This document shows positions 55,902 to 63,397 of a stretch of DNA of 64,000 nucleotides, one piece after another. A program made the position numbers and the translations under genes. The notes beneath the pieces were generated by a model, which saw nothing but the letters and a program-made list of their open reading frames with translations, was not told the DNA's origin and made no database searches. The DNA comes from a virus: the IMG/VR virus record IMGVR_UViG_3300045988_180880, positions 256,001 through 320,000 of that record. One strand, 5' to 3'. Every line of letters begins with the position of its first letter. Within the stretch, counting starts at the first letter, position 1.

Positions 55902-58816
55902 ATGGCACAATGGACTGAAACTCTCGAACCGTATGTAAAAGTTATAGAGAGAGTACATACCGCAGCTCTTAATCCTACTGCAGGTGAAAGTTTAATTATC
56001 GGAGTGACTTTAATTTCTGATGCAGGCCCAGCAGTTCCTACACTGATCTCTAGTCAATCTGAATTCTTAAAAACTTATGCTTCAGGGGACTTAACAGAAG
56101 ATTATATGGCATCCTTGAATAATCTTTATCATGATGCTAATAATACAGGAGATAAAAATGTAGCTGCAACAATGTGGATGAATGCTTATAGATTGGCTGG
56201 CTCTAATGTTATGCTGGTTTGTAGAGCATCTAAAGCTAACGATATCTACTACGCTAAACCCATGACTAAAACTGATTATAGTACATATATCCTTAGAGAT
56301 GGTGCTTTAATGAAGGGATTTAGAGATGCTGATAAAGGTGTCGTTAAGTTTGTTCTTGATATTGATGGTGATGATGCAGAACATGATCAAGATGGATGGT
56401 CAATTAATTTGAATGGAGTAGGTATTCTTGGTAATCGTACCACCGATGATGGTCCTCAATATGATTACTATGTAAGAACTCTCCCCGACTTAGTAAATCA
56501 AATGAATGAAACTAATAAATTCTTCTCTCCATCTTATAAATTCTTCACAGATCCTAATAATATCATCTCTGAAAATGAAACAACTGATCCCGATAAAGCA
56601 AAGGCAGTTGTATTCTATGAACTTTATCTAGGACAGGATATGCTAGATACTTCAGACTCTAGATGTCCACTAGGAAAGCAGTATATCGTGATTTGTGAAC
56701 CTGATTGGACTAGTGATAATCCTAATCAAAAACTTATAGATATTAATGCTTCCGCTTGGTCTGGTTTCGAAGAACAGAAATATTATGCAGTTAATCAATA
56801 TAACTCTAATACTGATCTGAGAGTTAGAATTAGACGTTTTAATCATGATGCAGTAGTTACCAAAGAATTAACTAACCCCGCTTTGAACGAAAACTCTGAT
56901 TCTCCTTATATGGTACTATCGGCCGTTCTAGATACCTATACTAAGAAAGGAACAGTAGAACCGTCAGAAAGTATCCTACAGCGAGATTTTTATGAAGTCG
57001 CTGTTCTTGATCCTAATATTTCTGACGAAGTACAGTTCTTTAATATAGGTAAAGTAACCGGCCGTGGAGATATGGAAGTATCAGAACTCAATGAACTCCT
57101 AAGTATGATTCAACTTCAACTCCCTGACGATATGAGAGAGCTTGGATTGAACTACTATGGATACGGAGCTGATGATAAAGTATGGGTAGAACTTGATCCT
57201 AATGACCCAAATGCAGGTTCTTATAAGCAAACAGTTTCTTCAATGACTGATCTTTACAACTCAATAGGTATGTCAGTTGGAGATGTTTACCGAGTTGGAT
57301 CTGGAAGTTCATATAAGTACTATGAATATCAAGAAAATGGTGGAGATCAAGTTTATGCAAAATTAGGCGTAGATCCAACTGAAACAGATATTCTTGACGT
57401 ATCTGAATCGGATCTTAAGAAAGCACTTGACGAAATCAATATTCAGGAAATTTATGTGGTTGAAGGATTATGTGACCTTGGAAATACATCACTAAGTTTC
57501 CAGAATTACTTGGCTAATATGGCTATCAACTCTAACTATTTCTATCCAATATCAACAGTTCAGAGCACAAATTATATGACTATCGCTAATAATGCAACTA
57601 AGATAGCACAAGATTCATATAAACTCTATCTATCTGCACCTTGGGATATCGACTCTGGTACATTTGGATGGAAATATTATTGCTCACCTGCTGTTGTTTA
57701 CTGGGAAGCTGTAGCTAGAAACCGTAGAAATAATGCAGAATTTGCTCCTGTACTTGGACAAACTAATGGTATTGTTCAGTATCAGAGACCTATGACAGAG
57801 TTTAATAAAAAAACTCGTCAACTTCTATTATCTAAACGAGTAAATACTGTACTCTGGAATTATCAAACTAATGCTTGGAACATGAATGATAAACAAAATT
57901 GTCCAATTTATTGAAATTGAATTTTTATGAACTGCTGGGATTTATATAAAAAAAATAAAAATCAGCAAAAAGGATTACTAATATAAATCCTTTCTCAACG
58001 ACTAAGTATAAAAGATAAATAAATTTTATTATTTTTCAAGATATAGTCTAGCGAAATTACCAAATAATTTTCTAAAACGAATTATACTAAGCAAAGTGTG
58101 GATAATATTGTTTCAGATGAAGGTAACTCTCGTTTAGCTATTCGTATCTCAAAAGCTATGCCTGTACTACTTAAACAGTATATAGGCTGGAGAATTGCAC
58201 CAAAACTATGGGAAAGTGCGATTGGAACTATCGATTACTGGTTTAAATCAACTATTCTCCCAATGTCTTATAATATCGATGATTACCGTATTATCATCGA
58301 TGAGACAAATAACCCTGTTCAAATTCAGCGTAAATAATTGCGCCTTGGATTTTTATATTACCAAGAAAAATAAGAGAATTGCTGGAAGATAATAAAATAA
58401 ATCAGCAAAGAAAGTTTACAAAAATTTTCTCTCAACGACTATGTACTTATTAAAATGATATAGTCTGATCTTAAATATTAATCTTATATTTAAGTTTAAC
58501 AATAATGCAGAATAAAATGGTGGTTAACGTTTTGGTTAGATACCAGAGAGCTTTGAAATATGTCATCGTAAAGTATATGCGATTATTATACCAATTGCTG
58601 GAACTTAATAAATCCAAAGAATCAGCAAAAATAGATATAATTCTATTTCTCAACGACTAGATGTATAATTAAAATTTCATGAAGATTTTAAAAGATATAG
58701 TCTGAACATGAGTAGATAATACTTAGCAAACATATTGATATCACGACATTTTCGACGTTGGTATGCAACTTGCAGTCTCAGAGTACGAAGATACTAGAGG
58801 AGCAGCCCTTGAATAA
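55902..58816 (+). CDS. tail-sheath-like protein, 4 exons
   Basis: join(55902..57909,58099..58331,58508..58569,58738..58816). The N-terminus GESLIIGVTLISDAGPAVPTLISSQSEFLKTYASG resembles sheath proteins. So do the C-terminal blocks PAVVYWEAVARNRRNNAEFAPVLGQTNG, KRVNTVLWNYQTNAWNMND and NKMVVNVLVRYQRALKYVIV. The family call is by eye; the exon 2 start may be 58102. Confidence 0.6.
57910..58098 (+). ncRNA. mini group I intron class A, P2-less (about 189 nt), sheath intron 1
   Basis: P1 AAUUU/GAAUU, P3 UUUUAU/AUAAAA, P6 AGGAUU/AAUCCU. Core blocks P GAACUGCUGGGA, Q AAUCAGCA, R UCAACGACUA, S AAGAUAUAGUC. The 3' boundary is G 58098 or G 58101. Confidence 0.7.
58332..58507 (+). ncRNA. mini group I intron class A (176 nt), sheath intron 2
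   Basis: P1 GCGU/GCGC, P2 CUUGG/CCAAG, P3 UAAG/CUUA, P9 CUUAAAUAU/AUAUUUAAG. Core blocks P GAAUUGCUGGAAG, Q AAUCAGCA, R UCAACGACUA, S UGAUAUAGUC. It ends AAUAAUG. Confidence 0.8.
58570..58737 (+). ncRNA. mini group I intron class A, P2-less (168 nt), sheath intron 3
   Basis: P1 AUCGU/GCGAU, P3 UAUAC/GUAUA. Core blocks P CAAUUGCUGGAAC, Q AAUCAGCA, R UCAACGACUAGA, S AAGAUAUAGUC. It ends AUAUUG. An alternative 3' site after G 58725 would give a different C-terminal peptide. Confidence 0.75.
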
Positions 58817-58826
58817 TAAATAACAT

Positions 58827-58858
58827 GATAGTATGCTGGAGAGATCTGGCATACTATC
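58827..58858 (+). terminator. strong hairpin after the last sheath exon
   Basis: GATAGTATGC-tggagagatctg-GCATACTATC. Confidence 0.6.
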
Positions 58859-58876
58859 CTTTATAAATAATAGAAT

Positions 58877-60175
58877 ATGCAAAAATTTACAAAAGATGAA
58901 ATAATATATAATATTATTTCAAAATTAACTAAAGATATTGAATTCCTAGGATTAGAAAACTATTCAAAAGATATATCTACAAAAAAATTAAAAATTATTT
59001 TAAGATGTAAATTACATAATATAAGTAAAATTATAAAATATTCTAGTTTTATATTAAATGGATGGCATTGTCCTGAATGTTCAAAAATAAAAAGAACACT
59101 TCCAGAAAATATAGCAATAGAAAGAATACAAAAATCCATATTAAAGAAAAATAATGAAGGGAGTAATATATCTTTTTTAGGATTTGTAAATTTTTGGAAA
59201 GGCTCATCAACAAAATTGATTTTAAAATGTAATATTCATAATATTATTTGGAAAACAACGACCTATAATGGATTTATTTCGAATAATTTAATTGGTTGTC
59301 CTGAATGTTCAAAAGAAAGAAAAAAAAGAAAATTAACTAATTTAGAAGCAGAAAATAATATAATCGAATTTCATAAATCATCTTCTACAAATGAATCGTC
59401 AATATTTTGTAATATTCATAATAGCTACACAGGTTATAATTCTCCAGTTGAATTAGTTTGTTATAAACATGGAAAATTTTCATGTTATTATAGTTATTTA
59501 ATGACTGATAAAAGTAGAAATATTATACTATGTCCTAAATGTAGAGAATTATTTGAACGTGAACAGGAAAAGAAAAGATATCATAACTTAATAATAGATA
59601 GAGTAAATCATTTAAATAAAAAATATAATATATCTTTAGAATTTTTAGGATTTAAAGAAGAATTTAATTATCAAAATACATATCTAATACTAAAATGTAA
59701 TATTCATAATCATATTTGGGATACTACTAGACTAGGTATATTTTTAAAACATGAAGGAAAATACTGTATATATTGTTCAAAAACTAGTAGTATTTCGTTT
59801 ATGGAAAATTCTTTATACTCTATTTTAAATAGTTATTATTTAAACATAATTCGTCAATATAAATTAATAATAAATAATAGAATATTTTATTTAGATTTTT
59901 ACATACCAAAATTAAATGTAATAATAGAGTATGATGGAAAACAACATTATGAATTTACTTCTTTCTTTCAACCCACATATCAAAATTTCGTAAATCAAGT
60001 TAACCGAGATAGATGTTTAGAACAATATTGCAAAGAAAATAATATAAAACTTCTTCGAATTTCTTATAAAGACAATAATAGAATCCCTGAAATCATAAAG
60101 ATATTTTTCGAAGAAGGAAAAGATATAACAACAAAAGTAGAACCTAAATTATTACCAGTATTATATCATGGATAA
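58877..60175 (+). CDS. freestanding homing endonuclease: four zinc-ribbon repeats + Vsr/DUF559-like PD-(D/E)xK domain
   Basis: Four CxxH...CPxC units (CKLHN..CPECS, CNIHN..CPECS, CYKHG..CPKCR, CNIHN..CIYCS). These are followed by YLDFYIPKLNVIIEYDGKQHY...NRDRCLEQYCKENNIKLLRISY. Confidence 0.65.
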   Translation: MQKFTKDEIIYNIISKLTKDIEFLGLENYSKDISTKKLKIILRCKLHNISKIIKYSSFILNGWHCPECSKIKRTLPENIAIERIQKSILKKNNEGSNISFLGFVNFWKGSSTKLILKCNIHNIIWKTTTYNGFISNNLIGCPECSKERKKRKLTNLEAENNIIEFHKSSSTNESSIFCNIHNSYTGYNSPVELVCYKHGKFSCYYSYLMTDKSRNIILCPKCRELFEREQEKKRYHNLIIDRVNHLNKKYNISLEFLGFKEEFNYQNTYLILKCNIHNHIWDTTRLGIFLKHEGKYCIYCSKTSSISFMENSLYSILNSYYLNIIRQYKLIINNRIFYLDFYIPKLNVIIEYDGKQHYEFTSFFQPTYQNFVNQVNRDRCLEQYCKENNIKLLRISYKDNNRIPEIIKIFFEEGKDITTKVEPKLLPVLYHG

Positions 60176-60908
60176 AACATTATTAATAGATCTTAAAAAG
60201 AAGTTATTTATCAGGAGTGCTCTTATAAGTTTGACGTCTCTTGATGAAATTTTAGCCTTGAACGATTTTTTGAGTCCAGATGAGATATTACTGGAGATAA
60301 TTAAGGAGTCGTTAAGAGAATTTGAACATACCTTGCCATTGATTCTGGAGATGAAAATGAACCGTTCTCAGATGTGTAGTTGTGAGAACATGGGACTTGA
60401 AGGGTATTGTGAGATTAAGAGTAATTTTACATTATTTCTTGATTGTAAAATATCGGAAGATCAGATTATATTAATTCCAAACTCTATTCCTATGTACAGG
60501 GTGGGGTCTATATCTTATCCAGCTCCAGGAAACTATACTTACTTCACAGATTATAGACGTCCTTATGTTTTTATGATGGATATGCCCAGTTACGATCAAT
60601 TCTATATTAGAGGAATATGTAGTCGACCAATAATTCCTGACTTTCTTCCTGATAAAACGTTTAATCCAGGATCATCTAAAGCAGCTATTTATTGGCTGAA
60701 TGTAGAAGAAGGGTCGAGAGGTACATTTTTTATGGATCTCTGTATGACTCATTTACTAGACTATATTAGGAACCTAAAGGCTTCATTAATGTTACCTAAT
60801 GTTGGTTTGGAAGTTCTTAATAATATCGACGCTGCATATCAAGAGCTTAGATCTAGGTGTGATAATTATATACTCCAATCTGGATGGTATGGAGATTTAC
60901 TTGTTTAA
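60168..60908 (+). CDS. hypothetical virion-module protein
   Basis: 246-aa ORF overlapping the upstream stop. Confidence 0.55.
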   Translation: MDKTLLIDLKKKLFIRSALISLTSLDEILALNDFLSPDEILLEIIKESLREFEHTLPLILEMKMNRSQMCSCENMGLEGYCEIKSNFTLFLDCKISEDQIILIPNSIPMYRVGSISYPAPGNYTYFTDYRRPYVFMMDMPSYDQFYIRGICSRPIIPDFLPDKTFNPGSSKAAIYWLNVEEGSRGTFFMDLCMTHLLDYIRNLKASLMLPNVGLEVLNNIDAAYQELRSRCDNYILQSGWYGDLLV

Positions 60909-60919
60909 TATATAAAATT

Positions 60920-61381
60920 ATGATAATAAAAAGAAAGTTGTATTCTCTTACAGGAACTAGAGTATTGGCTGGATTTAATAAAAAAGTTCTTAGAAAGACT
61001 CCAATGGCTGCAAAAAGATCCGCCATAAAAACACAAAATAAAGTCTTAGAAGCTACAGCAAGAGGTTTAAATAAGATAGAAGGAGTAAAAATGGCGGCAA
61101 ATCAAGCAGCCATTAATCCAGGAAGAGTTGTAAATACTAAAGTAATTCAACCATCTATAGAAGCACCTATAACTTCTGTAGCTATGAAAACAGTACCTAT
61201 TCCTGGAACATCTGCTTTAGTTAGTGTAGTAGGAAAACCAGAGAAAACTATATGGAAAAAGATTGGAGTTGGTGATAAAATGTCTAAGGCTGCATCTAAG
61301 TATGTAGATAGTAAAGGAGGTAGAGTTGTAGAAGATGTAGTAAATAGCTCGACTAATTATTTAAAAAATCTTATGGTATGA
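60920..61381 (+). CDS. N-box protein
   Basis: The in-frame ATG at 60920 gives MIIKRKLYSLTGT (the ORF track starts at 60884). Confidence 0.55.
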   Translation: MIIKRKLYSLTGTRVLAGFNKKVLRKTPMAAKRSAIKTQNKVLEATARGLNKIEGVKMAANQAAINPGRVVNTKVIQPSIEAPITSVAMKTVPIPGTSALVSVVGKPEKTIWKKIGVGDKMSKAASKYVDSKGGRVVEDVVNSSTNYLKNLMV

Positions 61382-62571
61382 CAAAATTTAGACAAAAACA
61401 ATATACAATTCCGGAGGGTCACTATACAGGTCCTAAGGATATGGATAAGGTTCCAGGAGCTATAGAAGTAATCGGAAAATCTGCCTTAGCTGGTGCTGGT
61501 ATTGGAGGAGTTACAGGTAGTCTCCTAAAAGATGCTAGTATTACCAGTGGTGCTATAACTGGAGGTAAATATGGAACTATAGCAGGTGTAGTATTAAAAT
61601 TCTTCTTAAACTATTTACACAATCCAATGTCATCTATTAAATTTCAAGAAGTAGATAAATTAATTCGTCGTGAGTTTGGTATTTATAGAGCTTCTGGAGT
61701 AACTATAGGAGATTCATTAGATAAAAGAGCAAAAATAGATGAGAAGTTTAGTTTTAATGATCGAAATGTAACAGCTTATAAATTAAATTTTTCAATACAA
61801 GATAATTCCATTACCATGTATACTTTTGGAATGACCTCTAAGGAATTGGAAAAGACTTCAGATAGTTTAGACTATTACTGTAAGAAGTATACAGGGATGG
61901 AATATAGTAGTTATGCAATCAATTCTAGAAATAATTCTTATTCAGTGGCTATTGTATTTACAAATTATCAAGTTATAGCCAACTTTATAATGGAACTCAG
62001 TAATACTCTTGGAGTAAAAATAAATCTTCTTGATAACAAAGCTTTAGTTGAAAATAGAATTAAGGAAGTTGAACAGAAGGATTTTTCAGTTAAGTCTTTA
62101 AATAAATATGATTTAAAGAAATTCATTGGAAAGACAGGAAAATTTCTATTTTCCGGTAAATCTGAAGATCTTATCGGTTTAATTTATAGTGCTGCAGTAA
62201 CTTTTTCTAATGATCCTGATATAATTCCTACATATCGAGGAGATTTTGGAAATAAGTACTTAGAAAATAGCCTTAAAAGACTTCGTTATGTTGAAGGTTT
62301 AGATTATACTGTTGGGGAATTTGGTGGAGATATAGGTATTAATATGTCAATGATCTCTGGAATATTCGTAATAACAGTAAATAAAGAGGATACCGACGAA
62401 CTTAAGAAGATTGATTCTATTTTCTGGAATCACTTAAAAACGATAGTAAATAGGGTAGATACTGGAAAAGTAGTTGTATATAACTACACAATTAAAACAA
62501 GAAATGAATTTGATTTTATCTTAAAAAAATTCATGTCAACTGATGTAAAACCTAATATATTTGAAAAATGA
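61378..62571 (+). CDS. N-box protein (397 aa)
   Basis: Starts MTKFRQKQYTIPEG. Has the Gly-rich segment ALAGAGIGGVTGSL followed by a globular domain. Confidence 0.55.
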   Translation: MTKFRQKQYTIPEGHYTGPKDMDKVPGAIEVIGKSALAGAGIGGVTGSLLKDASITSGAITGGKYGTIAGVVLKFFLNYLHNPMSSIKFQEVDKLIRREFGIYRASGVTIGDSLDKRAKIDEKFSFNDRNVTAYKLNFSIQDNSITMYTFGMTSKELEKTSDSLDYYCKKYTGMEYSSYAINSRNNSYSVAIVFTNYQVIANFIMELSNTLGVKINLLDNKALVENRIKEVEQKDFSVKSLNKYDLKKFIGKTGKFLFSGKSEDLIGLIYSAAVTFSNDPDIIPTYRGDFGNKYLENSLKRLRYVEGLDYTVGEFGGDIGINMSMISGIFVITVNKEDTDELKKIDSIFWNHLKTIVNRVDTGKVVVYNYTIKTRNEFDFILKKFMSTDVKPNIFEK

Positions 62572-62939
62572 TAGTACCTAGAATTCGATATTTTTCAGAT
62601 TTACAAGCTAGAAAGATGATAACGAAATTAACAGAGAAATTGGATAAAGATCGTATCGGGGATTATGAAGTTTCTAGTAAAATTCCCAAAGATGTAATTA
62701 GTATATATCCTGATCCATCTTCAATTAAAATATATATTCCAAAAGATCTTGAATATAGTCAGTACGAAATTGATGATTTCATTAGATCTATGGCAGCTCA
62801 TATTAGAACAACTACGATCCTAGAGAGAGATATATATGTAATGAAACTATCAGGATCTCTTACTTTTGAACAGATATATAAATTAATACGTGAAATAATT
62901 GATACAGAAGAATTTTGTACTATTATTGACTGTGATTAA
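62568..62939 (+). CDS. N-box protein
   Basis: Starts MIVPRIRYFSDLQ. Confidence 0.5.
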   Translation: MIVPRIRYFSDLQARKMITKLTEKLDKDRIGDYEVSSKIPKDVISIYPDPSSIKIYIPKDLEYSQYEIDDFIRSMAAHIRTTTILERDIYVMKLSGSLTFEQIYKLIREIIDTEEFCTIIDCD

Positions 62940-62963
62940 TCTTTAAACTAAATATATACTATT

Positions 62964-63395
62964 ATGGCGGATATGATTTCAAAAAACTTAGATAAGGCAA
63001 ATAGGCTTTATTCTATTGGAATGAAAAATATAAAATTACAATTAAAACTTCTTGGGACTGAATTTGTAGTACTCAGACCAAAGAGTAATTCAAAATGGAA
63101 AAATGTTTTTGGAGGTACATATTCATCAAGTAGTACATTAGAGAACGATTATGATCAATTTACTACAATATTGATATTAAATCAGAATGAACTAAGAGAT
63201 GTATGGAATCGAAACAGAGATAATCTAGAAGTATATACAGATGATGGATCTCTTGAAGTAGGGGATGAATTACAATATACTCGTGGAAAATATACATTCA
63301 GATTTAAAATATCTCTTAAAATGGGTTACTCTGAAGTAGCTGAAGTATTCTATGTTTATACATTGAATAGTATTATTGAAACTTTAGATATGTAA
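62964..63395 (+). CDS. hypothetical virion-module protein
   Basis: 143-aa ORF. Confidence 0.5.
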   Translation: MADMISKNLDKANRLYSIGMKNIKLQLKLLGTEFVVLRPKSNSKWKNVFGGTYSSSSTLENDYDQFTTILILNQNELRDVWNRNRDNLEVYTDDGSLEVGDELQYTRGKYTFRFKISLKMGYSEVAEVFYVYTLNSIIETLDM

Positions 63396-63397
63396 TT

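Noticed and set aside
58195-58653. ORFs 58195..58392 (+) and 58471..58653 (-)
   Set aside because: The first is an alternative frame of sheath exon 2 running into intron 2. The second is antisense to intron 2, exon 3 and intron 3.
31518-58737. Inteins or protein-level splicing in the split genes
   Set aside because: The intervening segments are far too short and are not open reading frames. No Hint or LAGLIDADG-type blocks are present.
30252-58737. CRISPR array suggested by the many repeated elements
   Set aside because: The repeats are 40-200 nt structured units at irregular distances, located inside genes or between tRNAs. They are not short direct repeats separated by uniform spacers, and there are no cas genes.
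31448-58816. Stop-codon reassignment (TAG, TGA or TAA read as sense) as the explanation for the fragmented portal, terL, protease, sheath and phoH ORFs
   Set aside because: The gaps between fragments are 168-211 nt and contain stops in all three frames. They carry conserved ribozyme cores and exon-complementary guides. All three stop codons terminate ordinary genes elsewhere in the window, and no suppressor tRNA (CTA, TCA or TTA anticodon) is present among the ten tRNAs.
19514-62939. N-box as a twin-arginine (Tat) or Sec signal peptide
   Set aside because: RRKLFS superficially resembles S-R-R-x-F-L-K. However, most copies have KRK, RNK or RQK, and the box is followed by hydrophilic sequence with no h-region or cleavage site.
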